The notes beneath the pieces were generated by a model. It saw nothing but the letters and a program-made list of their open reading frames with translations, did no database searches and was not told where the DNA came from. This document shows, one piece after another, positions 36,501-44,139 of a DNA stretch of 55,420 nucleotides (positions are counted from its first letter, which is position 1; each line of letters opens with the position of its first letter). The translations under genes and the position numbers were made by a program. The DNA is taken from the sequence record SRR22947727_316. One strand, 5' to 3'.

Positions 36501-39232
36501 TCACTATTCTTGTAGCAGGCAAAAAACAATTGAAAAGCACATTTGTATACAAAAATGAAACAGACACAACAAAAACATATACAAGACAAACAGGATATAT
36601 TCAATTTGTTTTACCGCCAGTAAATTTATCTACAATTTCAATTAGTTACAAAATAAATGAAGATGTGTTAAACACTGCTGACAGATTTGCATTGTATCAA
36701 CCAACGTCAGGAATGCCTGGAAAAGAATTAGCACAAGTGATTGATGGTATAGATTACGGTGGAGTTGAAGTGAGAAGTATTGGATTTGAAAACAACTCAG
36801 GCTGGGGCAATGAACCTTATCTGCAAGGCGAATGGGACACATTTGATGAAAGTTATGAAGATGAAGTATTCTATCTAGATGGTAGTACATTAACATTGAA
36901 TCTAGCAAACACTCTAACATCAGGTATTGAATATCACATTTATCAAAATGGACAAAGAGTAGATGATCCTGCATTTGATCTTGGTGCACCTACAAATATT
37001 TTAGCACAAATGAATTCACTACAAGGTGACGGATCTACAAAAACTGTTGATATCAGTATGTTAGAAACAGATAATGGCGATACAATTATTGTAAGAAAAT
37101 CTACCAGTGATGGAGCATTTTTACCAGATCCAACCATAGTTGATACTTTAATTAAAGGTGGAGATTTGGCATACTCAACAGCACAAGGTATAAATGCAGA
37201 AGACATAAATGTTGATGGTGACGGATTTGTAACAGAAACTTCTGCTAAAGGTCCTGAAGAATTTGTACCTGGTCAAGTTTTAGATACTTTAGATATTCAA
37301 GTGTATGATAGAGGCCAGAGTTCGGGTAGTAAAATTAACAGTTACAATTATATTGGTGACGGTGCAACAACTGAATTTAACTTTGTGGACTCACCACAAA
37401 GTAACACAGCAATATTTTTAAGTGTTAATAATATTTTGTACAACACAAATCAATTCACAATTAATTACCAAGACAAATACATCAACTTGAATCAAACACC
37501 AGCACTGGGTGATAAAATTAACTTTATCACAATGGGTAACAATGGAGAGTCTATACTTGACGTTGATGCATTCACAGGTGATGGAAGTACAGTTGAATAT
37601 GTAACTAGAGCAAAATTCAAAGCAGGAAATATACAAACCTTTGTAAAAGTAAATGGCGAAGATGCTACATATTCTGTAATTGAAACAGATTCTTCTTATG
37701 CTGTTCCTAACAGAGTGGCAATTAGATTTAATTCCGCTCCCACATCAGACAGTTATATCAACATAGTGGTGTATGAAAGTGCTTCACAATCTTTCAGCGA
37801 AGTTACTCAAGACACTTTTACAGGTGACGGAAGTACAGCAACATATCAAATGAATCAAACACCTTTCACACAAACACCTTTTACAAATAACGTGATTGTG
37901 AAAGTTAACAATGATGTTTTAAGAAGTGGATTCCACAGAAAATTTACTGTGAGTACATTAAGAGAATATGAATTTAAAAATTGGCAAGTATTACCAGGCA
38001 CAATCAATGCTTCAGAGGTTAGAGCATACCTAAATAAAGTTGAACTTACGTCCAGTCAATACAGATGGAATCCAGGTAATTCGAGTATTACATTAACTGG
38101 CGGTGTGGGTGTTGCAGATGATACATTGGATGTATATATTGAAAACGGAGAATACAGTGTGAACGACAGTGGACTGATTACATTTACAACTGCTCCAACA
38201 GATTTAAGCACAATCACCGTTTACCAATTTAGTAAACATGATGTGCAAGACATTGACAGAACACAATATGATGTTGTGGCAAAATTAACAGTCACAGTTA
38301 ACACAGATGATTATTATCAATACAATCAATTAACAAATGGTGTTGTAAAATTAAACAGACCGGCTGTTGATGCTCAATATGTTTGGGTGTGTTTAAATGG
38401 CGAATGGTTAGCACCTAGTGTGGACTACACAGTGTCTAACAATCAAATGTATTTAAAAATTAACAGAAAGTTGTCGCAGAATGACGAAATAGATGTGATT
38501 CATTTCACTGCTCCAAGTTTTGTAGGCAAGTTTGCTTACAGACAATTTAAAGATATCATGAACAGAACTCACTTCAAACGTATCGGTGATGACAAACAGT
38601 ACACGTTGGCACAAAATTTATTATGGAATGATCAAAAAATTGTGCTGATAGACGGTGTTGGAATCACAGAACCTAGTGTGGCTTCACAACTGCCGGGTAT
38701 TGTCTTCATAGATGGCGAAAGAATTGAGTACTACAAAAAAGATGGTAACACTCTAGAACAACTAAGACGTGGAACATTTGGTACTGGTATAGCAGAAGTG
38801 CATCATGCCAACACTGATGTGTACGATCAGAGTGCTTTCCAAAATGTACCATACCAAGATTCTTTCATATCTGAAACATATACAGGTGCAGATGTAGTAA
38901 ACAACACTCTTAACATAGGTTTTACACCTAAATCAGCAAATGAATTTGAACTGTTTGTGGGTGGTAAAAGAATGAGAAAAAATAGTATCAGTGTGTATGA
39001 TCCTGCATTAGGGCAAGACAGTCCAGAAGCAGATAGCACAGTGCCTGCAGACTTTAGTGTATCAGGTACAACTGCTGTAATCACTTTCACTAACACACCA
39101 GCCGAAAATGCCCAAATTTTGCTGGTAAGAAAACAAGGTAAAATATGGCAAACAGGAGCAGATCCACTGAGTCAGACGGAAAATGACATCGCAAGATTCA
39201 TACGTCAAAAGGAAGTGGCTGTGCCGCAATAA
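24557..39232 (+). CDS. Giant multidomain virion structural protein (gp7 position; 4891 aa)
   Basis: Uninterrupted 14.7-kb ORF coupled to gp6. N-terminal FLPKYFRT, FG-GAP-like propeller blades, CBM-like W/Y modules and FTGDGST repeats. Confidence 0.8.
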   Translation: MAYDNNQKDFSLPAGKDDGKRESSEFLPKYFRTPVNNKFLHSTVDQLISQGTLEKLNAYYGRKITDAYKASDLYVPEVTADRENYKFEPSIVQQDDLGNVNFYSDYIDFVNQIQNLNGDVSDHSVLNAQEYYAWSPRIDWDKFVNYREYFWMPYGASTVTISGQQRNVISTYSVTKSDQSNNYAYIFTPNGLTANPTLKLYKGQTYKFDIDAEGLPFVIRTQRILDASYNVTDGIDVQSIEKGIITFEVKESAPEKLYYGSDNDINAWGLIQIYDIEENSTIDITNEVLGKKNYTTANGVALSNGMKINFAGTVTPVEYAEKDYFVEGVGDAIQLIDAQELEVKSAFTDVTPIPFDSKNFDTVGFGTATSYAVDKDYIVINRASPDRNPWSRSNRWIHKSVIEESAKANGQIANIDQATRARRPIIEFEAGIKLYDFGFKKKENIDLIDTVTTDVMSDVEGSQGFFIDGIALTNGMKVLFTADNDPLVKDKIFEVKFIKFTEGTTVTTQISLVESANASPSQGETILATDGNVNQGKWFYYNGTTWKSAQVKNKVNQTPLFDLFDSNGVSFTDSIVYPNSSFMGNKIFTYVEGTGTVDTELGFALTYSNVENIGDIVFDFDLLNKNYTYQSQNINGTLTSETAFLKKYNASGNFTTVNGWTKAPTDSFQKVNRQYVASNNQKNDFAIDVYKKSGDLNDLNVNVFVNNVKKIENTDWSILRINNEAYVNFTTNLTVNDIVVIKTSSATPKNSNGHYEFPTNLQSNPLNAKTTKFTVGQVTDHVKSITNELKDIQGVTPGFSNLRDFPNATQYGRKFLQHSGPMVLASYLLNNKDVNLISAVTRSQNDYFKFKRSFISAMDDLGFDGTPSQVVDKILIKLNKDNNNSLPYFQTDMLGSGAFKTTRHTVLDIDNKFFALSNNFNLTALSTKAVYVYHNDTQLVHGVDYVFVNGFVQVTKKVALDDIVVVNEFETTNGSHIPATPTKLGLYPKYTPKIYLDTTAITPVNVIQGHDGSIIVAFNDFRDDAILEMERRIFNNIKTTYDDELFGIKSFVPRAYSTNKFTFESINKTLLGDFNDWLTFTGNEDYTANTYHTQDNSLTWNYSNMVSPQNENLLGFWRGVYTHAYDTDRPNIAPWEMLGYSQEPTWWGTVYGPAPYTKDNLILWQDLEKGIVREPNKKIVIKNKYKRPGLTNNIPVDSEGNIRSPYDSAYARGQVLQLTKDKFKFGDYSPIENTWRRSVHYPFALLKSYILHQPNKAIGIGLDTNKITRNASGQIVYNSSTAIRPSDIIWPSSVDDSTVTLTAGLLNYVYEIVENSQTTNYTDYKKQFAGLQTQIGFKVRGYSNKDKFKLLLDSKTPLNSTTLFVPEENYQLIYNVSTPVEILTYSGLIIEKLASGFSLKGYDKNDPYIRYHSPFEQTSDPVITVGGISSSFVNWSENKRYDSGSYVKFANNFYATDETHISTANFDDSKFIKLVELPSEGGASAVLRKTFLTDTVQSVAYGTVFEDIQTVVDVILGYESYLKAKGFEFDQYDPTTQLVANWQLSAKEFLFWTTQNWDEGAVISLSPASKKIVVTSQYATTDNVIENYYSYGVLKEDGNKLDRVNLRIVRKSNTFELFTKNTINGIYFAKVPLVQKEHVCLIDNTTSFNDLIYDPASGYKQDRIKMLGYVTEWDGSLNIPGFVFDEAKVVLWEPYTDYSMSDVVKHKQFYYTANTKLKGTTEFNDNNWRKLDNKPESSLLSNLDYQTNQFADFYDLDTDNFDRQQQKLAQHLIGYQPREYLSNIINDEVSQYKFYQGYIKEKGTANALTKLFDALASADKESLEFFEEWAIRKGQYGAVDTFDEVEYSLDETQIRLNPQPILLTNDQPATATDLVYRIQSGQTYLAPKDYQHTPFPVKYDKNTYIKTAGPVNPIDISLTLAQYDDLLTSTSVATLDEGQYVWIGNNKGTWSVLRYSNTDQQIVSIIKNGSVISVNTLNNPDIAVGEIFVVNANGTDYVFKSTFVGITSIQCEDVTGFASIDSAVGFIKRFTESRLNSINDVNTRINDQGLKDNEKFWINESDDGKWKIVNNKFVFKKHNELSSTSTSGDQSFGTVIAANKQNSTVLVSQPSDGDGKIYVFTRGSESGSLILVQIIEAPTTDPLLTNIDLFASGSSFGKAVDISPDGNFVVIGAPDASNLKTEYKGVYSTSSNYNVGNIVQYKQQLWRATNQVEGAIAQDLFSTFDSSAFYKENVGFQTTSLLIGDSVFPNQTTDHILVRASTEQYTATKIGDRLILDYVDFSSDYPIDRNNYAKVANQPFNGVGSPTIKDNIFSGADMPIQEKIDEILEVSNTLTDPVVGNLLNTDTAQGTVVYVRKVAAKSIIYLKDVSGVFAESGSLTLDILPIGVYSRVNSEDYDYLGGWWKINIGANVTTNAGSDVTTNVVIQDIKVLNEVRDTNRFFSSMEQPIAPITPQAPLVKAQFGIGTYYQDYYIDAGSNTWVTNPSPQAILSNKWFVRTGYDIAHDSTLNSSNSTNYVSVWFNNVDSGAFDFAGLNIDNDDTNGLKEVVDIWEGYVDVDSQPDNNANYYFPSVGVHQIYDPNTQAQADVTFVQFIGLEKIRIYFNNSNNKQFSLGSNASAPSTITRIGGGVNRTIGSIEQTVQSGNADGDILVFQHTSSITASGNPDFYTVNDMEYWIWDEFENVPGINQSANIPGSQNRDWVQTYNIPIGEGVQSVYTNQGAFLIYKKNTKGLFEYNSAYTVPDTQSGLRLGSKIQLRDVGNVTTAFIGAEGNGTSSLPGKIYFVDYSATKNWRLGVDQYYMGVFDDQTDYLKDELVVFSNQLYKAKTNISANSWQLSLWDLQDTHTDFLGYVPNDSGIELQGDSTLNQNNLIKFANTFDVDTNGINIVLTNKYSDDGQNVVVYRQSDGHYSYKQTITPADDSAPIIDFGSDISISGDGELIAIGSPLKDVVDIDMGSVYVYKKVNNDSGQYTLNQTLVSPSKETSEQFGNTLSFSGDVLAVTSLKGDQQLSTLIDNGQTVFDGTMTKFVEIQSDVGSIHLYQKFENTLLYGEKFTYINDTLEQFGTNLLVNDNHVYVGLPKLQLANSQMGTLVDFRKSPTEFNWTSIHQSSEGIDQPDLSKIQGVFLYSKSTNKLLTTLDYVDPIFGKIPGPAESEISYKTNYDPAVYNSSTAVGTMDKTNHWDDTQVGKLWWNISKATYYYPYQSNIIFNNSYWNKLFVGASIDVHEWIESPYTPTQYNTISQSNEGSALGITGTVENTTDFVTKKVYDKVAGVLSNRYFYWVKSKTTTPEIETRTLSANAVENLIKDPRAQGYKYVTVFGKNKFALVNCDSFIQGNDTIISFRLNTIASKNNVHKEYALLTQGSATSTLPKDIETVWFNSLIGYDSKSNPVPDPNLSDKLKYGTLQTPRQSWFANKQEALKQTIERVNTSLKTKLVVDEIDISNLIKSDPAPTINTGVFDTTVDTENELNFVGVGSVKPASLNITVTNGKISNVVITDAGKGYKSIPTYKIKSITGEGAVIGLTIDVNGSINSAKILQAGSNYKEDATIKVRTFSALVTADSTVDGKWAIYDYNSGDGWQKTKIQAFNVNLYWSYADWYQTGYSQITAIDHLISQSYEINALDDSIGQIIKIETIGSGGWLLLKKIDNQVDVDYTVNYQTVGRQNGTIQFSDNLYTYSGNIGFDSNSFDVQLYDRQPIEETRIILETIRDKIFVEELAIEYNKMYFAGIQYALSENKLNDFVFKTSFVKAQHNVGQLEQKITFKNDNLSNYEDYVQEIKPYKSKIREYVSSYEKTEPTNSVITDFDYAPKYINGVITPSKVTINNDQLVGADNITTYPDKNWKDNIGYKITAINIANGGTAYTNPPAVEITGGGGTGATGTAYIKNGVVYRINVTNSGSGYISSPTVTLSGSTTGTLAKASAVLGESLPRTTHIGIKFDRNTGDTFVTSLQRTETFTGNNSQLKFKLKWPMDLRTNTITILVAGKKQLKSTFVYKNETDTTKTYTRQTGYIQFVLPPVNLSTISISYKINEDVLNTADRFALYQPTSGMPGKELAQVIDGIDYGGVEVRSIGFENNSGWGNEPYLQGEWDTFDESYEDEVFYLDGSTLTLNLANTLTSGIEYHIYQNGQRVDDPAFDLGAPTNILAQMNSLQGDGSTKTVDISMLETDNGDTIIVRKSTSDGAFLPDPTIVDTLIKGGDLAYSTAQGINAEDINVDGDGFVTETSAKGPEEFVPGQVLDTLDIQVYDRGQSSGSKINSYNYIGDGATTEFNFVDSPQSNTAIFLSVNNILYNTNQFTINYQDKYINLNQTPALGDKINFITMGNNGESILDVDAFTGDGSTVEYVTRAKFKAGNIQTFVKVNGEDATYSVIETDSSYAVPNRVAIRFNSAPTSDSYINIVVYESASQSFSEVTQDTFTGDGSTATYQMNQTPFTQTPFTNNVIVKVNNDVLRSGFHRKFTVSTLREYEFKNWQVLPGTINASEVRAYLNKVELTSSQYRWNPGNSSITLTGGVGVADDTLDVYIENGEYSVNDSGLITFTTAPTDLSTITVYQFSKHDVQDIDRTQYDVVAKLTVTVNTDDYYQYNQLTNGVVKLNRPAVDAQYVWVCLNGEWLAPSVDYTVSNNQMYLKINRKLSQNDEIDVIHFTAPSFVGKFAYRQFKDIMNRTHFKRIGDDKQYTLAQNLLWNDQKIVLIDGVGITEPSVASQLPGIVFIDGERIEYYKKDGNTLEQLRRGTFGTGIAEVHHANTDVYDQSAFQNVPYQDSFISETYTGADVVNNTLNIGFTPKSANEFELFVGGKRMRKNSISVYDPALGQDSPEADSTVPADFSVSGTTAVITFTNTPAENAQILLVRKQGKIWQTGADPLSQTENDIARFIRQKEVAVPQ

Positions 39233-39235
39233 ATA
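39228..39235 (+). promoter_or_regulatory. Late promoter AATAAATA
   Basis: Overlaps the stop of the giant ORF, upstream of GGAG SD and ATG 39257. Confidence 0.5.
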
Positions 39236-39256
39236 CAATGGTAGAACGGAGTAAAA

Positions 39257-39868
39257 ATGAGCAAAATTAAAGAGAACAGTGGTGTACTAATACAGGGACA
39301 CATCAAAATACATGATCCTGAATCAGACAAGATTTTCGTTGATAAACGCAATGCAATTCATTATGAGAATATGAGTGTTGCTTTGGCAGAAAGTGTTGCT
39401 AATCAGGGGCAAGGATTCATAAATTCAATGTCGTTTGGAAACGGTGGAACAAGTGTTGACCCAACAGGTATCATCACATATCTTACTCCAAACAGTACAG
39501 GTACAAATGCTACACTGTACAACCAAACATACACAAAAATTGTTGACGACAGATCAGTTTCAAACCTAGATCCACAAAGAAACAAAATAGAAACAAGACA
39601 TATCAATGGAACAAATTACACAGACGTTGTTGTAACTTGTTTGTTAGACTATGGTGAACCAAATGGACAAGATGCTGTTGACACTGCAAGTGTTTCAAAC
39701 AGTTTATATGTGTTTGATGAACTAGGATTAGTAAGTTATTCACCCAGCGGTACAGGCAAATTACTAACACACGTAATTTTTCATCCAGTACAAAAAAGTT
39801 TAAACAGATTGATTCAGATTGATTACACAGTTAGAGTTCAAAGTTTAACAGGGTTTAACGAAGGATAA
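39257..39868 (+). CDS. Virion structural (baseplate) protein
   Basis: Beta-rich 203-aa ORF ending FDELGL...LLTHVIFHPVQKSLNR, within the baseplate operon. Confidence 0.65.
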   Translation: MSKIKENSGVLIQGHIKIHDPESDKIFVDKRNAIHYENMSVALAESVANQGQGFINSMSFGNGGTSVDPTGIITYLTPNSTGTNATLYNQTYTKIVDDRSVSNLDPQRNKIETRHINGTNYTDVVVTCLLDYGEPNGQDAVDTASVSNSLYVFDELGLVSYSPSGTGKLLTHVIFHPVQKSLNRLIQIDYTVRVQSLTGFNEG

Positions 39869-39871
39869 TAA

Positions 39872-41902
39872 ATGGCATACAATATAAGTTTTACCGATGC
39901 TATAAACAAAGGTACTATCACTATAGAAGATAACACTGTAAACAATCAGACCAGTGTTAATTTTCCAGGAAAGAATACTACTTCTTACGGAACAGTTATA
40001 TCGGAAAACTTTTTACAATTACTAGAAAATTTTGCTAACAGCACAGCACCATTAAGACCTATTGAAGGACAACTTTGGTTTGATAACGCCGCAGGTGTAA
40101 ATCAACTTAAAGTGTATGATGGAGCAAATTGGGTAGCATCAGGTGGATTGAAAAAAGCAATCAACCAACCAAGTGCATCTGAAAGTATTTCAGGAGATTT
40201 ATGGGTAGACACAAATGCTCAACAATTATATTTGTTCACTGGTTCGGGTTGGATTTTAATTGGTCCGCAATACAGTCAAGGACTGACAACAGGTGCAACT
40301 CCTGTATCAGTAACAGGCACAGACGATTTATCATACAGCATTGTGAAACTTGAAGTTGAAGCACAGACAGTTGCTATAATTTCTAAAAATTCATTCACTC
40401 CTAAAATTACTATCCCAGGTTTTTCAGCATTGAATCCAGGAGTAAATCTAAGTTCAACAAATTTTGGTTCTGATGTAAACAAACTATATGGAACATCAGA
40501 AAAAGCAGAATCATTAGTAGTTGGTAACACCACAGTTGCCGCAGGAAATTTTTTAAGATCAGACACAACATCGTTAACTGACTTTCCTATTAAAATTAAA
40601 ACTGACCAAGGTTTAGAAGTTGGTTCCGCTGGAACATTTAAAATGTTTGTTGAAAATCAAGCAGGTATAATTCAATTAGGAACACAAGATGAAGAAATAG
40701 ACTTTAGACTAAACAGTGGCGGTTCGGTATCAACAGTGATGAGAATAAGTTCACAACAACAAGTTGGTATTAACAACACAAATCCAAATGAAGCATTAGA
40801 TGTTACAGGAAATATTTTATCATCAGGCACAATAGTGTCAAACAGCACGTCACCATCAATCAATATAGGTTCAGGAGCAATTGTTTCTAAAGGTGGGTTG
40901 GGTGTGGCTCTTAGTGCAAACATAGGTGGATCAGGAACGTTTGCTGGTGATATCACAGCACAATCAGTTTTACCTTCTCAAAATTTAACTTACAACATTG
41001 GATCAACCACAAACAGATACAACACAGTTTACGCCAACCAAATACAAGCAGGCAGTATTGTAACCAGCAGTATCACAGGAAATGCCACAAGTGCCACTTC
41101 TGCTGATAAACTTGCTCAAGCAACAACATTTAGATTGGCAGGTGATGTTACAGCAGTAGATGTTTCGTTTGACGGACAAACTGGTGGAACAACAAAAACT
41201 TTTACAACAAGTATAAACAATTCATTTATAGGTAACCAAACATTAACAACTACCAGCAATGTTGGAGATGAAGTTATCATTAACAGAACATCAGGCACAA
41301 CAGGAATTTATAAAACAACTGTTGGAGCAATCACTAACGCAATACCAACACCACCAGTAGCATCAATGATGCCTTATGCTGGAGCAACTGCTCCTACAGA
41401 TTGGTTGTTTTGTGATGGTGCTGAATTACAAAGATCAGTTTATAATCAATTGTTTCAAACAATAGGAACTCAATATGGAACTCCAAGCAGTTCAGCAACA
41501 TTTAAATTGCCAGACATGCGTGGTAGATTCCCACTAGGTAAAGACAACATGAGCAATCCTGGATTGGGACAAGGATCAGCAGACAGAGTGACATCGCCGG
41601 TAGCAGACGGATTAGGTTTAGGTGCTGGTAATGAAACAAAAACTATTGCAAAAGAAAATCTTCCAAATCATGAACACGATTTAAAAGCAGATAATGGAGA
41701 TCAATTCTTTGCAGGTAGAAACATTGCAGGCGCTTCTACAGATCCAGAAGTAACCACAACAAGCGGACCAGATTTATCAAATGCCAACGGTGCTCAACAA
41801 TTACCAAACTCAGGTGGCATAGACGGAACAATAGGACAAGCAATGGATGTGATGAATCCATACTTAACATTAAACTACATCATTTATACTGGAGGAGCAT
41901 AA
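39872..41902 (+). CDS. Tail fibre with tail-collar domain
   Basis: Shared fibre N-terminus (ENFLQLLENFA..P..GQLWFD), collar motif MMPYAGATAPTDWLFCDG...LFQTIG...FKLPDMRGRFPLG and tip LPNHEH...NPYLTLNYII. Confidence 0.85.
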   Translation: MAYNISFTDAINKGTITIEDNTVNNQTSVNFPGKNTTSYGTVISENFLQLLENFANSTAPLRPIEGQLWFDNAAGVNQLKVYDGANWVASGGLKKAINQPSASESISGDLWVDTNAQQLYLFTGSGWILIGPQYSQGLTTGATPVSVTGTDDLSYSIVKLEVEAQTVAIISKNSFTPKITIPGFSALNPGVNLSSTNFGSDVNKLYGTSEKAESLVVGNTTVAAGNFLRSDTTSLTDFPIKIKTDQGLEVGSAGTFKMFVENQAGIIQLGTQDEEIDFRLNSGGSVSTVMRISSQQQVGINNTNPNEALDVTGNILSSGTIVSNSTSPSINIGSGAIVSKGGLGVALSANIGGSGTFAGDITAQSVLPSQNLTYNIGSTTNRYNTVYANQIQAGSIVTSSITGNATSATSADKLAQATTFRLAGDVTAVDVSFDGQTGGTTKTFTTSINNSFIGNQTLTTTSNVGDEVIINRTSGTTGIYKTTVGAITNAIPTPPVASMMPYAGATAPTDWLFCDGAELQRSVYNQLFQTIGTQYGTPSSSATFKLPDMRGRFPLGKDNMSNPGLGQGSADRVTSPVADGLGLGAGNETKTIAKENLPNHEHDLKADNGDQFFAGRNIAGASTDPEVTTTSGPDLSNANGAQQLPNSGGIDGTIGQAMDVMNPYLTLNYIIYTGGA

Positions 41903-44109
41903 TGAGTTATAGGTTGAATAAAACTGACGGCAGTTTACTTGTAGATTTAGTTGACGGTCAATTAGATACCACTTCCAGTGATCTTACACTGATAGGAAGA
42001 AACTATTCAGGTTTTGGTGAAGTATTAAATGAAAACTTTATACAATTATTAGAAAACTTTTCTAATACATCTGCTCCTATCAATCCTATCAGAGGACAAC
42101 TTTGGTTTGACACAGCAGAGAATAGATTAAAAGTTTATAACGGATCATCATTTACATCATCAGGCGGAACAACAGTTGCAGAGACACAACCTAACATGGT
42201 TGCAGGTGATCTTTGGATTAACAGTGTAACAAGTCAACTGTATTTTTATGATGGTACAAGATTACAACTAGTAGGTCCTGATTATTCAACAGCACAAGGA
42301 ACATCAGGTCACCAAGTAGCAAGTGTGCTTGACACACAAAATATTACACAAACAGTGGTTAAAATGTTTGTGGGTGGTAACATTGTTGGAGTTCATTCAA
42401 ATGCAACCTTTACGCCGACGGTAGCATCTAGAATCGCTGAATTAGTCACAGTTGCCAATCCAACAGGAACAATAGTAAAAGGTTTTAACACAGTAGGTAC
42501 AGATTACAAATACAAAGGCACAGCCACAATTGCTGAGTCATTAGTGGACGGCAATGGTGTTGTTCGTACAGCAGATCAATATTTGGTTTCAGACAGTGAT
42601 GACACAACCACAGGTGCTCTTACAATTCAAAACAATGCAGGTTTAACTGTTGGTCTAAATCAGAACACAAAACTACAATTCACTAACAATGCATTCACAA
42701 TAGCAAACCAACTATCAAATCAAGATGTAGAAATCAAAGTGAGAACACCGGCTGAAGTTTCAGCATTCAAAATAGATACTTCTGCTTCAGCAGTTGGAAT
42801 TTATAAAGCATCACCAACAGCAACTTTGCATGTAGGTGGAAATGCAATCATAGATGGTAACTTAACCATAGGCGGAACACAAACAGCAGTTGACACAGTA
42901 ACTTTAAGAGTTGAAGACAAAAACATAGAATTAAATCTTTCCAGTACAGGTGTAACAACCAACGATGCTGGAGCAGACGGTGGCGGAATTACTTTAAAAT
43001 CTGCAGACGGTGATAAAACATTTGCCTGGGCAGACGGCACAGATGCTTGGACAAGTTCAGAATGGCTTGATTTTGCTGTTGGCAGAGGATTAAAAATAAA
43101 CACAAACACTGTGTTGACAGAAACTGCTTTAGGTGGTTCGGTTACAGGGTCGTCATTAACATCTTTGGGAACATTAGTAAGTTTAGATGTAGATGATGTT
43201 AATATTAATGGATCAACAATTACCAGTCAAAACTCACAGTCATTAAAATTAAGTTCAAACACAGCGGCTATAGAAGTTTTAAGTAACAAAAGAATTACAG
43301 GCGTTGGGACACCAATTAATGCTTCGGATGTAGCAACAAAAGAATACACAGATGGTTCAACCATTATCAGTTTACAATTAGATGTCTCAGGCTTTACACA
43401 AAACGCAGTGGGAAACAACTATCTTAACACAAGAGAAGTATTAGAAACATTATATCCTGTTGCAGGATACGGAAGCGGTTCAGCAGAACCACCATTAGGT
43501 ATATTTGTTAACAGTGTGATACCTGCAAGAAGCGACGGTGCTTTGGCAAGAGTGTTAACAGTTGATTATGGTGTAGGTGGAGGATTCACAATACCAACAA
43601 TTGATTTTTCAGGATTGAAAAATTATGCTCAAGTGGATCAAACCGTCACTGTACAACAAAGAACTATTTCAAGTGTTCAATTTGGTGCACAAAATCCAAG
43701 TTTAGGAACAACAACAAAAATTACAACAACTGCTTCGCACTATTATGAAGGTGCTCAAACAGTTGTAATCACAGGCACAACTGTGGTGAACGGTGTGTCA
43801 GCAAATATTGACGGCAATTACACAATACAGGCGGCAGAATTTCCAGCAGAATCTCCAAACTTTGTGAGTTTCACAATCAATTTGGATACTTCAGCGGCAG
43901 GGTGGGGCAGTGCTACTTGTACAGTTGGTACAGTGGAAAGAACTCCAGTTGTGGGTGCCGCAAACAAACAGGTGTTAGAAGAGCTGTCTAATGCATCAAA
44001 CGTAACAGGATCGATCACTTTTGCTCCTACAAGAAAATTATTACAATTTGGTGTTAATGGTGGTGCGTGGACATTTGATAGAGAAATAACACTAACATTA
44101 ACTTCGTAG
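41902..44109 (+). CDS. Tail fibre protein (paralogue)
   Basis: Same N-terminal domain (LIGRNYSGFGEVLNENFIQLLENFS); T/G/S/N-rich body. Confidence 0.75.
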   Translation: MSYRLNKTDGSLLVDLVDGQLDTTSSDLTLIGRNYSGFGEVLNENFIQLLENFSNTSAPINPIRGQLWFDTAENRLKVYNGSSFTSSGGTTVAETQPNMVAGDLWINSVTSQLYFYDGTRLQLVGPDYSTAQGTSGHQVASVLDTQNITQTVVKMFVGGNIVGVHSNATFTPTVASRIAELVTVANPTGTIVKGFNTVGTDYKYKGTATIAESLVDGNGVVRTADQYLVSDSDDTTTGALTIQNNAGLTVGLNQNTKLQFTNNAFTIANQLSNQDVEIKVRTPAEVSAFKIDTSASAVGIYKASPTATLHVGGNAIIDGNLTIGGTQTAVDTVTLRVEDKNIELNLSSTGVTTNDAGADGGGITLKSADGDKTFAWADGTDAWTSSEWLDFAVGRGLKINTNTVLTETALGGSVTGSSLTSLGTLVSLDVDDVNINGSTITSQNSQSLKLSSNTAAIEVLSNKRITGVGTPINASDVATKEYTDGSTIISLQLDVSGFTQNAVGNNYLNTREVLETLYPVAGYGSGSAEPPLGIFVNSVIPARSDGALARVLTVDYGVGGGFTIPTIDFSGLKNYAQVDQTVTVQQRTISSVQFGAQNPSLGTTTKITTTASHYYEGAQTVVITGTTVVNGVSANIDGNYTIQAAEFPAESPNFVSFTINLDTSAAGWGSATCTVGTVERTPVVGAANKQVLEELSNASNVTGSITFAPTRKLLQFGVNGGAWTFDREITLTLTS

Positions 44110-44113
44110 GAAC

Positions 44114-44121
44114 GATAAATA
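44114..44121 (+). promoter_or_regulatory. Late promoter GATAAATA
   Basis: Intergenic, upstream of ATG 44140. Confidence 0.5.
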
Positions 44122-44139
44122 TAAGAAACAAAGGGTATT

